Shown: positions 1-8,770 of the stretch, in pieces
Numbering within the stretch: position 1 is the stretch's first letter
Layout of the letters: each line of letters starts with the position of its first letter
Assembly (NCBI GenBank): GCA_009691505.1
Contig: SICJ01000001.1
Coordinates: 1-52,092 of the forward strand
Origin: Candidatus Parcubacteria bacterium
GTDB lineage: Bacteria; Patescibacteriota; Minisyncoccia; Phycocordibacterales; CALRHW01
DNA: 52,092 nucleotides
Direction: 5' to 3'
Program-made: the position numbers and the translations under genes
Notes under the pieces: generated by a model
Database searches by the model: none
The model's input: only the letters and a program-made list of their open reading frames with translations
Told to the model about the DNA's origin: nothing

Positions 1-3000
1 ACGTTTCGCATTTCTTCCACTATTCCGCCGACCACCACTTCCACACCTTCTTTCGCTTCCTCGCGGATTTTTTTGATATTAGTATTTTTGCCGGCAAGTT
101 TTTCTTGGTATTTATCTAGTGGGTGACCAGAAATGTATAGGCCCAGCAACTCTTTTTCCCAAGTGAGCATGTCTGCGTTTGTGGCGGGCGGAGCGGGTTC
201 TAGCTTTAGTGTGGGAATAGTAGACGTGTCTGTCATCAGTCCAAAAAGAGAATCTTGGTTTTCTCCAGTTTTATTTTTTTCTTTATTATAAGTCAAAATA
301 TTTTCAAGGTTTGCAAGCATCGCTCCGCGTTCGCCGAGCTCGTCCATCGCCCCAGTTTTTATTAGTGCCTCAAGAGATTTTTTGTTTAGATTTTTATCTT
401 TTATCCTATCTAGAAAATCTGCCAGTGATTTAAATTTTCCTCCACGTTTACGTTCAGCGATAATATAAGCACCGATACCTTCGCCAAAATTTTTAATTGT
501 GTAAAGTCCAAAGCGTATTTTATCAGGACCTTCTGTAACACCTTTACCTATACCGCCACGATTACTTATCACAGCAAAACCTCCAAAACTTTCGTTTATA
601 TTTGGTGCAAGGACGGGAATGTCCATACGTTTGCATTCGGCAATAATTTCTGCAATTTTTTCCACATCACCAGATTCTGCGGTGAGCACCGCAGACATAT
701 ATATCGCAGGAAAGTTGGCTTTCATGTAAGCAGTCTGGTATGAAACTTTTCCATAGCTCGCGGCGTGTGCCTTGTTGAAGCCATAACCCTTGAAAGGATC
801 AAATAAATCCCAAATTTTTTCCGCTTTTTCCGGCGGAATATTTGAAAACTTGGCGCAACCCTCCACGAAAACCTTGTGCTGTTCCTCCATTTCTTTTGGG
901 ATTTTTTTTCCTATCGCCTTACGGATTTTATCCACAGTTTTCCATGTGTAACCTGCGAGCTCAAGTGCTGTAAACATAATGTCTTCCTGATAAACCAAAA
1001 TTCCGTATGATTCTTTTAGATAACTTTCCATTTTTGGATGCAAATATGTGATAGGTTTTTTACCATGCTTTCTGTCTATGTAGTCTGGAATGTTGCGCAT
1101 GGGGCCAGGACGATAAAGTGCAATCATTACGTTTATGTCGTTTATGTTGGTCGGCTTTAGGTCTTTCAAAAACTTTGTCATCGCTTCGCCGTTTAGCTGA
1201 AAAAGGCCGACAGTTGCTCCGCGCGCAAGCATCGCAAAAGTTTTTGGATTATCTAGTGGAATATTTTCAATGTCTATATCTTTTTCTTCAATTGTTTTAA
1301 CGAGTTCTACTGCGTCCGCGAGGATTGAAAGATTTTTTATTCCAAGAAAATCAAATTTAAGTAGACCTGCTTCTTCAATAGAATACATGTCGTATTGAGT
1401 GATGATTTTGTTTTCTCCTTTTGTGTCATATTGTAGTGGAGTAAATTCTATTAGAGGAGTAGGGGAAATAACAACTCCAGCCGCGTGCACGGAAATATGT
1501 CGCGCCGCGCCCTCAATTTTTTTTGCCATGTCTATGATTTCCGTAACGTCTTTTTCGGTTTTATACATTTCCTTGAGCTCGGGAGTTTCTTTTAACGCGC
1601 GGTCTATTGTCATCGGAAAACCCTGCGCGCCCATCGGAATGAGTTTTGCGATTTTGTCACCAACGCCGTAGCCAAGATTGAGTGCACGAGTTACATCACG
1701 CACAGAGCCACGAGCCGCCATCGTACCAAAAGTACCTATTTGTGCTACCTTGTCTGCACCATATTTTTTTTTCGCATATTCAATGACTTCGTCACGACGG
1801 TTGTCGGCATAATCCATATCAATATCGGGCGGACTCGGTCGTTCTGGATTTAAAAATCTTTCAAATGGAAGCTTGTATGCGAGTGGATCTACGTTTGTGA
1901 TACGCGCCAAATATGTCGTAAGTGAGCCAGCCACCGAACCTCTAATTGTCGTCAGTATTTTATTTTTGTGCGCAAACTTGAGCAAATCTTCTACTACAAG
2001 AAAATACGGCGCGTAACCTTTGTCTTTTATAACCCCGAGCTCGTATTCAAGACGCGCGATAGCTTCAGGTGTTCTTTCCATTTTACGAATCGCAAAACCT
2101 TCGTAAGCAATTCTTTTTAATTCTTCGTCGTGTGAAAGTCCATTTTCTACGATAAAATTTGGAAAAACCCATTTACCAAGTTCAAGCTCCAGATTGCACA
2201 TGTCTGCAATTTTGCGCGTGTTTTCAATCGCGTCTGGTAAGTTTTTGAAATATTTTAACGCCTGTTTTTCGCTGATAAAAGAAAAATCTTCCTGCGAGTC
2301 ATCTAAAATTCTTTCACTAAAATCACTGTTTGTCTGGATTGACATCAAAGTCTTGCGAGCGAGCCTGTCTTTTTCATGAATATAATAAACGTCGTGAGTA
2401 GCCACTATTTGTGTGTTGGTTTCTCTAGCGAGCGCCACGAGTGCCGTCATTTTTTCTTCGTGTCCGAGTATTTCTGGGTGATGTGATATTTCTATAAAGA
2501 AGTTATCAAGTCCATATATTTTTTTATACCAATTTATGAGCTCGCGAGCTTTATCTGTGTCGCGATTTTTGAGCGCAACAGCAATATCGCCAGAAAATGA
2601 TGGCGAAATACACACCAGTCCTTCGCGGTGAAGTTCCAAAAGTTCTTTATCTACTCTCGGCTTGTAATAGAATCCTTCGAGATATGCTTTTGTGACGAGT
2701 TGAATTAAATTTTTATAACCCGATGTGTCTTTTGCCAGCAAAACTAGCCGAAAACGAGAATTGTCTATTCCTGTTTGTTTATCATTTCTTGAGCGCACCG
2801 CAAGATACGCATCTACACCGATAATTGGTTTTATTCCTGCTTCTTTGCATTCTTTATAAAAAGAAATCACTCCGTAAAGATTGCTGTTGTCGGTAAGTGC
2901 GAGCGCATCCATTCCGTTTTTTTTAGCGGCCTCTACTAGCTCGTCAATTTTCGGTAAAGCGTTTAGAAGGCTGTAATGGCTGTGTGTGTGAAGATGGATA

Positions 3001-3011
3001 AATTTACTCAT
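1..3011 (-). CDS. dnaE: DNA polymerase III alpha subunit, N-terminal ~1003 codons; C-terminus runs off the window
   Basis: Absent from the ORF track because no stop lies in the window. The reverse complement from ATG 3011..3009 reads MSKFIHLHTHSHYSLLNALPKIDELVEAAKKNGMDALALTDN, a PHP-domain N-terminus typical of DnaE. The same frame at the window edge reads EAKEGVEVVVGGIVEEMRN (OB-fold-like). The frame was checked only at both ends. Confidence 0.88.
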   Translation of the reverse strand, partial: MSKFIHLHTHSHYSLLNALPKIDELVEAAKKNGMDALALTDNSNLYGVISFYKECKEAGIKPIIGVDAYLAVRSRNDKQTGIDNSRFRLVLLAKDTSGYKNLIQLVTKAYLEGFYYKPRVDKELLELHREGLVCISPSFSGDIAVALKNRDTDKARELINWYKKIYGLDNFFIEISHHPEILGHEEKMTALVALARETNTQIVATHDVYYIHEKDRLARKTLMSIQTNSDFSERILDDSQEDFSFISEKQALKYFKNLPDAIENTRKIADMCNLELELGKWVFPNFIVENGLSHDEELKRIAYEGFAIRKMERTPEAIARLEYELGVIKDKGYAPYFLVVEDLLKFAHKNKILTTIRGSVAGSLTTYLARITNVDPLAYKLPFERFLNPERPSPPDIDMDYADNRRDEVIEYAKKKYGADKVAQIGTFGTMAARGSVRDVTRALNLGYGVGDKIAKLIPMGAQGFPMTIDRALKETPELKEMYKTEKDVTEIIDMAKKIEGAARHISVHAAGVVISPTPLIEFTPLQYDTKGENKIITQYDMYSIEEAGLLKFDFLGIKNLSILADAVELVKTIEEKDIDIENIPLDNPKTFAMLARGATVGLFQLNGEAMTKFLKDLKPTNINDINVMIALYRPGPMRNIPDYIDRKHGKKPITYLHPKMESYLKESYGILVYQEDIMFTALELAGYTWKTVDKIRKAIGKKIPKEMEEQHKVFVEGCAKFSNIPPEKAEKIWDLFDPFKGYGFNKAHAASYGKVSYQTAYMKANFPAIYMSAVLTAESGDVEKIAEIIAECKRMDIPVLAPNINESFGGFAVISNRGGIGKGVTEGPDKIRFGLYTIKNFGEGIGAYIIAERKRGGKFKSLADFLDRIKDKNLNKKSLEALIKTGAMDELGERGAMLANLENILTYNKEKNKTGENQDSLFGLMTDTSTIPTLKLEPAPPATNADMLTWEKELLGLYISGHPLDKYQEKLAGKNTNIKKIREEAKEGVEVVVGGIVEEMRN

Positions 3012-3050
3012 TTTTTAGGGGAATTATGATAGAATTATAGCAAAATAGAG

Positions 3051-3677
3051 ATGAAATATCGATATATTGTTGGTATTGACGAAGTGGGGCGTGGACCGCT
3101 TGCTGGCCCAGTATCTGTGGGCGCGGTGTGTATAAATAAATTTTTTGACATGTCTTTTTTTGCGGGCATCCGCGACTCAAAAAAACTTTCCGCACAAAAA
3201 CGCAGAGAGTGGGCTGGAAAGGTAAAAAAGCTCGGACGGTCTGCGAGCGGTGTCCGTAAAAATAGCTCTCAAAAATTAAATTATTCCATCGCGTCTGTGA
3301 GTTCGTCTGTGATTGATAAAATTGGAATAAATAAGGCAATCGCGCTCGCTATCCTGCGAGCACTCAATCGTCTAAAAATAAACCCCAAAGAGTGTATGGT
3401 TTTTCTAGACGGCGGTTTACACGCACCACCTGAATATAAAAAACAACGGACGATTATTCGCGGTGATGAAAAGATTGCAGTGATAAGTCTAGCTTCAGTT
3501 ATTGCCAAGCAACATCGCGACGCGAAAATGGAAAAATATGCCGAAAAATACGTCGGCTATGGTTTTGAAGAGCATAAGGGATACGGAACGTTCGAGCATT
3601 TGAAAAAAATCCGCATGCTCGGAATGTGCGATATCCACCGTAGAAGTTTTTTGAAAAAGTTTTTTGCACGCAGTTAG
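3051..3677 (+). CDS. rnhB: Ribonuclease HII
   Basis: N-terminal IVGIDEVGRGPLAGPVSVGAV catalytic motif and C-terminal HRRSF; 208 aa. Confidence 0.9.
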   Translation: MKYRYIVGIDEVGRGPLAGPVSVGAVCINKFFDMSFFAGIRDSKKLSAQKRREWAGKVKKLGRSASGVRKNSSQKLNYSIASVSSSVIDKIGINKAIALAILRALNRLKINPKECMVFLDGGLHAPPEYKKQRTIIRGDEKIAVISLASVIAKQHRDAKMEKYAEKYVGYGFEEHKGYGTFEHLKKIRMLGMCDIHRRSFLKKFFARS

Positions 3678-3728
3678 AGACCTAGTAGACATTGTCTTTT
3701 TTTTATAATTGTATATAATCTTCAATAT

Positions 3729-3950
3729 ATGGTTGTAAGAATGCGACACACACGGGCTCATACGGGCAACAGACGTTCTCATCACGCACTAAAGATGAGG
3801 TCTCTTTCCAAGTGTCCAAAATGCAACGCTCCAAAAATGAGTCATAGAGTATGTGCAAAATGTGGTACTTATAAAGACAAAGTAGTAGTGGATACGATGG
3901 CTAAAATCACTAAACGGCAAAAAGCTAAAGAGAAAGCGGGGAAAAAGTAA
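3729..3950 (+). CDS. rpmF: 50S ribosomal protein L32
   Basis: RHTRAHTGNRRSHHAL plus CPKC...CAKCG zinc-ribbon pattern; the start could be the ATG at 3741. Confidence 0.85.
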   Translation: MVVRMRHTRAHTGNRRSHHALKMRSLSKCPKCNAPKMSHRVCAKCGTYKDKVVVDTMAKITKRQKAKEKAGKK

Positions 3951-4052
3951 AAGTGCGGAGGTGAGTAGGAGATGGGCAGAAAGTTTAAGAAAGTGAAGTT
4001 AATGTGAAAAAAGTGCGGTGCGAGTTTCAAAAGTTCTTAAAACAAAAAAATA

Positions 4053-4967
4053 ATGGCAAACAGGCATTTATCAAGATCAATAGTCACACAATCACTTTTT
4101 GAATGGGATTTCAATAAAAAAAGTGCTAAGGAGGCTATGGATATTTTTTCGCGCAACGCTAGCGAATTTGCGACTGGGACAGGTGATTTGGCATTTATGG
4201 AAAACTTGATGAAGAATGTCGTTGCAAAGAAAAAGGATTTGGACGTGATTATAGAAAAAGCCGCGCCAGATTGGCCAATTGATAAAATTTCTATTATTGA
4301 CCGCAACATTTTGCGCATTGGACTTTACGAGCTTCTTTTTGCTGACAGAAAAGAAGTGCCCCCAAAAGTGGCTATAAACGAGGCAATTGAGCTTGCAAAG
4401 ACTTTTGGTGGGGATACGAGTGGAAAGTTTGTAAACGGCGTCCTCGGTGCGGTATATAAAGAAATGGGCGAGCCGGGCAAAGACGAGACTTCAAAAAGAA
4501 AGCGTCACCCAAACATTCCAGACGACCAAGCCCCGATAGAAAAACTCGGAGGAGCTGTCGTTTTTGGAAAAGATGGCGATGACATTTATCTCGCTCTGGT
4601 GCACGATGTTTTCGGACATTGGACACTTTCAAAAGGTCATTTTGAAGAAGGGGAGGAAGATATAGCTGGAATAAAACGTGTTATAAAAGATGAGCTCGGA
4701 CTCAATATAAACGTAAAAGAAGAACTCGGTAATAATGCATATATCGCTTTTTATCCAGAGAAAGGAAAGATAAAAAAACAGGTGCACTACTACCTTGCTG
4801 AGTCAAAATTTGAAGAAATGAAATTAAAAGAAAGTGGTGGACTAGATGACGTGCGTTGGTTCAAACTCGCCGACATCCTTGACCTTAATTTTTATAATGA
4901 TATTCTGCCGACTATAACCAAGGCTATAAACATACTACTTGGGGACACCGCAAAGGGGACAAAGTAG
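4053..4967 (+). CDS. nusB: Transcription antitermination factor NusB fused to a C-terminal Nudix-fold domain
   Basis: The N-terminal ~140 aa is NusB-like (DRNILRIGLYELLF, PPKVAINEAIELAKTFGG, KFVNGVLG). The C-terminal ~140 aa is Nudix-like (WTLSKGHFEEGEEDIAGIKRVIKDELGL). Confidence 0.8.
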   Translation: MANRHLSRSIVTQSLFEWDFNKKSAKEAMDIFSRNASEFATGTGDLAFMENLMKNVVAKKKDLDVIIEKAAPDWPIDKISIIDRNILRIGLYELLFADRKEVPPKVAINEAIELAKTFGGDTSGKFVNGVLGAVYKEMGEPGKDETSKRKRHPNIPDDQAPIEKLGGAVVFGKDGDDIYLALVHDVFGHWTLSKGHFEEGEEDIAGIKRVIKDELGLNINVKEELGNNAYIAFYPEKGKIKKQVHYYLAESKFEEMKLKESGGLDDVRWFKLADILDLNFYNDILPTITKAINILLGDTAKGTK

Positions 4968-4968
4968 A

Positions 4969-4990
4969 GGCGCGCGCCTGCGGGCGCGCC
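4969..4990 (+). repeat. GC-rich hairpin 2 nt after the nusB stop (GGCGCGC-N8-GCGCGCC); shares CGCGCCTGCG with the repeat-family core
   Basis: ggcgcgcgcctgcgggcgcgcc forms a 7-bp G/C stem. No T-run follows, so it is not a canonical intrinsic terminator. Confidence 0.5.
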
Positions 4991-5027
4991 GAAAGCCCAA
5001 ACAAACATCTCAACTAAATCACCGACC

Positions 5028-5720
5028 ATGAACATAGACTTTTCAAAATTTGAAGAAAAATCCGGATTAAAATTCCGCGACAAAACGCTACTGAAACAAG
5101 CGTTTGTTCATCGTTCATATATAAACGAAAACAAAGACTCTGGTCTGGAACACAACGAACGCTTGGAATTTTTAGGTGACGCTGTACTTGAGCTTGTCAT
5201 TACAGATTATTTATACAAAGAGTATCCTGGATCAAATGAAGGTCAGATGACGAGCTTTCGTAGTGCGCTTGTGAATGCAACAACTTGCGCGCGCGTTGCC
5301 ACATCTCTTTTTGTAAATGACTTTTTACTTTTATCTCGCGGAGAAATGAAAGACACTGGTCGCGCACGACAATACATTTTGGCCAACACACTTGAAGCGA
5401 TTATAGGTGCGATTTATGTAGATCAAGGATACGAAGTTGTAAAAGAATTTATTTACAAAAATATTTCACCACTTATCGGAGATATTATTTCAAAGGGCAC
5501 ATGGATAGATTCAAAAAGTTTATTTCAGGAAAAAGCGCAGGAAATGGAAAGCACCACTCCTGCCTATAAAACAACAAAAGAAACTGGGCCTGATCACGAT
5601 AAAAGATTTACGGTGGGCGTGTATCTTGGTAAGAATCTTGTAGCTTCTGGCGAAGGGGAATCAAAACAAGATGCAGAACAAGAGGCTGCACGAAAAGGAC
5701 TTGAAAAGAAGGGGTGGTAA
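5028..5720 (+). CDS. rnc: Ribonuclease III
   Basis: ERLEFLGDAVLELVITDYLY signature and a C-terminal dsRBD (GPDHDKRFTVGVYL...GEGESKQDAEQEAA). Confidence 0.92.
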   Translation: MNIDFSKFEEKSGLKFRDKTLLKQAFVHRSYINENKDSGLEHNERLEFLGDAVLELVITDYLYKEYPGSNEGQMTSFRSALVNATTCARVATSLFVNDFLLLSRGEMKDTGRARQYILANTLEAIIGAIYVDQGYEVVKEFIYKNISPLIGDIISKGTWIDSKSLFQEKAQEMESTTPAYKTTKETGPDHDKRFTVGVYLGKNLVASGEGESKQDAEQEAARKGLEKKGW

Positions 5721-5786
5721 AAAAACAAAGTTAGTTAGAAGTCAAGCATTTTATACGGCTCAAAATAATGCTAATCTTAAGCACAT

Positions 5787-8189
5787 ATGTATCTGAAAGG
5801 TCTGGAAATTAACGGCTTTAAATCATTCGCCAAAAAAAGTAATCTAGAGTTTACATCGGCAATTTCTGCTATCGTTGGCCCAAACGGTTCTGGAAAATCA
5901 AACATCGCCGAGGCGTTTCGTTTTGTGCTTGGCGAACAATCTATAAAATCTTTACGCGGAAAAAAGGGCGAAGATCTGATTTTTAACGGTAGCGCAGACA
6001 CAGGTCGCTCAAATCGTGCTTCTGTAAAAGTAATTTTTGATAATAGAAAAAGATTTTTGAATATTGATTTTGATGAAGTTTCTTTGGAACGTGTCGTGCA
6101 TCGCGATTCTGTAAACGAGTATTTTATAAACGGTAGTCAGGCGCGTCTCAAAGATATCATTGAGCTTCTTTCTGGTGCACACATCGGCTCATCTGGTCAT
6201 CATATTATTTCGCAAGGTGAAGCCGACAAAATTTTAAATGCAAATCTAAAAGATCGTCGCGCGATGATTGAAGATGCGCTTGGTCTAAAAATTTATCAAT
6301 ACAAGCGTCAAGAAAGTGAACGCAAGCTCGGAAAAACGCAGGACAATATTGCATCTGTGGAATCTTTACGAAAAGAAGTTGCGCCACACTTGCGATTTCT
6401 CAAAAAGCAGATGGAGAAAGTGGAAAAAACTTTGCAGATGAAAGATGAGCTTTTAGGGCTTTATTTAGAATATTTGAAGCGTGAAGATGATTATATAAAA
6501 TTTACTCATGCTAGTAATGTAGCGGAACGTGCGCCTTTACAAAAAGAATTACACAAGCTTGAAGCCGAGCTAGCAAGTGCGAAAAAAATCTTGGAGGGCT
6601 CAACGGGAAAAGATAAAAAAAGTATTGAACTTATTTTGCTTGAAGAAAAAATCCGTGGCGTGCGTGTAGAAAAAGATTTTTTAATGCGCGACCTCGGCAG
6701 AATAGAAGGCGAAGTGTCTTCAGAAGAACGTATAATAAAAAAACAAAAAGAAATCGCGCAATCTGAAGAGGGGAAAATGGTGAGTTTGAAAGAAGTTGAA
6801 GGTTTTGTAGATGAAGTTGTCCGAAGCGCCGAAAGCGCGGAGAGTTTGAGCGACATCGGTGCATTAAAAAAACTTTTTGATAATATAAAAAAGATTGTCG
6901 TGGGTTTTGTGGTGAAAAATCGCTCAGGTGGAAATGACGCGCTCGTAAGAGAGTCCGAAGAATATTTGGCTGAGCTTTTTCTACAGAAAAAAGATTTGGA
7001 GGGGAAAGTGGTTTCGCTTGAAAAAAAAGAGGTAGCTTTTCAGGCAGAATACAACGAACTCCGCGCGGAAATTGAGCGAGAAAAAGATACAAACAGAGAA
7101 GCGGAGCGAGCGATGTTTAGCTTGATGACACGACAAAATGAGGTCATTGTGGCGCTCACAAACGTAAAAAATGCTGAAGATAAAATAAAACTTGATGAAG
7201 AAAATTTTAAGCGCGAGCTTGGCGAAGCTCGCGTACTTGTGGGAAGAGCGGTGCTAGATTTTGCGTCGCACACCCTCGCGCCTGCGGGCTCGGGTTCAAC
7301 TACTGGCTCGGACGAAAACGCGAGCGAAAACGCTTTTGGTCACGGTGCCAATATTGTTGCACATACGGGCGAACACACAAACATGAACACAAACGCCGAC
7401 GACTCAAACAAAAACGAACCCCGCGCAGTTCAAGAAGATCGTCACCATGCGATAGAAAAAATTAAAATTCGCATAGAAGACGCGGGCGGAGGAGGAAGCG
7501 ACGAAATAATGAAAGAATTTAAAGAGGTGAGTGAGCGTGATTCTTTTTTGGAGCGAGAGCTTGGCGATTTGCAAAAATCAGCCGAGTCGCTAGAGATTCT
7601 CATCACAGAGCTTGATGAAAAGCTCACAACGGAATTTAAAAACGGTGTGGAAAAAATCAATGTTCAGTTTCAGGAATTTTTCTCACTAATGTTTGGTGGC
7701 GGAAATGCATCGCTACTTGTAGTGAAAGAAAAAAAGAAAAATCGCGCTCGCGACTCTCGCGACGATAGTGACACAGATTTATCTGCCGTGCTTGAAATGG
7801 AAGACGGACAAATTCCAGAAGAGGAAGACGAGCTGGAAGGCTTGGATATTACTGTGAGTCTGCCTCGCAAAAAAATCAAAGGCCTCGTAATGCTTTCTGG
7901 TGGCGAGCGAGCGCTTACCTCTATCGCACTTCTTTTTGCAGTATCTCAGGTAAATCCGCCACCATTTATTATTCTTGATGAAACTGATGCCGCGCTAGAT
8001 GAAGCCAACTCAAGAAAATACGGAGATATGATAGAGAACTTATCAAAATATTCTCAACTTATTTTAATTACACACAATCGCGAGACGATGTCGCGCGCGG
8101 GAATTCTTTACGGCGTAACTATGGGTTCAGGCGGTATTTCAAAATTACTTTCTATTGAGTTTGAGGAGGCTGTGGACGTGGCTAAATAA
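5787..8189 (+). CDS. smc: SMC-family chromosome segregation ATPase, unusually short (800 aa), no recognisable hinge
   Basis: SMC head N-lobe (INGFKSFA...GPNGSGKSNIAEAFRFVLGEQS) and C-lobe (LSGGERALTSIALLFA, ILDETDAALD). The middle is coiled-coil plus a low-complexity linker. Confidence 0.8.
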   Translation: MYLKGLEINGFKSFAKKSNLEFTSAISAIVGPNGSGKSNIAEAFRFVLGEQSIKSLRGKKGEDLIFNGSADTGRSNRASVKVIFDNRKRFLNIDFDEVSLERVVHRDSVNEYFINGSQARLKDIIELLSGAHIGSSGHHIISQGEADKILNANLKDRRAMIEDALGLKIYQYKRQESERKLGKTQDNIASVESLRKEVAPHLRFLKKQMEKVEKTLQMKDELLGLYLEYLKREDDYIKFTHASNVAERAPLQKELHKLEAELASAKKILEGSTGKDKKSIELILLEEKIRGVRVEKDFLMRDLGRIEGEVSSEERIIKKQKEIAQSEEGKMVSLKEVEGFVDEVVRSAESAESLSDIGALKKLFDNIKKIVVGFVVKNRSGGNDALVRESEEYLAELFLQKKDLEGKVVSLEKKEVAFQAEYNELRAEIEREKDTNREAERAMFSLMTRQNEVIVALTNVKNAEDKIKLDEENFKRELGEARVLVGRAVLDFASHTLAPAGSGSTTGSDENASENAFGHGANIVAHTGEHTNMNTNADDSNKNEPRAVQEDRHHAIEKIKIRIEDAGGGGSDEIMKEFKEVSERDSFLERELGDLQKSAESLEILITELDEKLTTEFKNGVEKINVQFQEFFSLMFGGGNASLLVVKEKKKNRARDSRDDSDTDLSAVLEMEDGQIPEEEDELEGLDITVSLPRKKIKGLVMLSGGERALTSIALLFAVSQVNPPPFIILDETDAALDEANSRKYGDMIENLSKYSQLILITHNRETMSRAGILYGVTMGSGGISKLLSIEFEEAVDVAK

Positions 8190-8217
8190 AAATCGTCTCT
8201 CGCCAGTTTTTTTTATA

Positions 8218-8634
8218 TCATATTTTCAAGCCAATTTTTTTAGTAACGACAATCATTTTGTCCTCCAAAATTTCTATCCTTTTTGTGTTGCCTAATGTGT
8301 ACATTTCAAGCTTATCAAATCTATAATCAAATCTTTTTTCCGTTTTTTCAAATCTTTCGTCCACCAAATCAAATTTTTGGTGCATTTCTTCAAATCCTTT
8401 TGCAACCGCTAAAGCTAAATTATCAATCTTACTGTTCGTTGCTATTTCTAAATTATCAATCTTCTTGATTAAAGACGACTTTACTCCATCAATATTCTCA
8501 TTTACTTCTAAAAATCCCTCGTCTACTTTTAAAGACAACTTTCCCACCGTGGAAGACAACTTACCCATTTTTAAAGACAACTTATTCACCGATACAGCCA
8601 ACTTTCCGATTTGTTTCTCAATTGTTTTGCTCAT
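8218..8634 (-). CDS. Hypothetical coiled-coil protein with internal GKLxxxV repeats
   Basis: 138-aa ORF in an otherwise empty gap, with IGKLAVSVNKLSLKMGKLSSTVGKLSLKV repeats and FDxxxERFEK heptads. I recognise no family. It is the only called CDS ending in TGA. Confidence 0.55.
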   Translation of the reverse strand: MSKTIEKQIGKLAVSVNKLSLKMGKLSSTVGKLSLKVDEGFLEVNENIDGVKSSLIKKIDNLEIATNSKIDNLALAVAKGFEEMHQKFDLVDERFEKTEKRFDYRFDKLEMYTLGNTKRIEILEDKMIVVTKKIGLKI

Positions 8635-8770
8635 ATAGTTTTTTTATTAATAATAATTATACACCCGCGATCAAGGGGCAAACAATTATTTTACCAACTA
8701 CACTATGAAATATATATAAAGAAAAGATAAAGTCACAAAGCGCGCCTAAAAATATGCTTAAAATAGGAGG

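Noticed and set aside
3012-3050. Short direct repeat GAATTATGATA/GAATTATAGCA in the dnaE-rnhB divergent spacer, a possible operator
   Set aside because: It is only ~10 nt, imperfect and AT-rich, and cannot be distinguished from background.
3948-4020. Purine-rich spacer between rpmF and nusB with the duplicated motif AAAAGTGCGG (3948-3959 and 4008-4019)
   Set aside because: This is a short 10-12 nt repeat in a purine-rich spacer. It has no associated structure or known motif and is plausibly chance.
6631-7092. Numerous 60-150 aa ORFs antisense to or overlapping smc, rnr, rpoB, rpoC, dnaG, typA, uvrA and uvrB in the six-frame track
   Set aside because: They lie inside strongly supported conserved genes, have low-complexity or biased composition, and lack start context. 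They are typical shadow ORFs.
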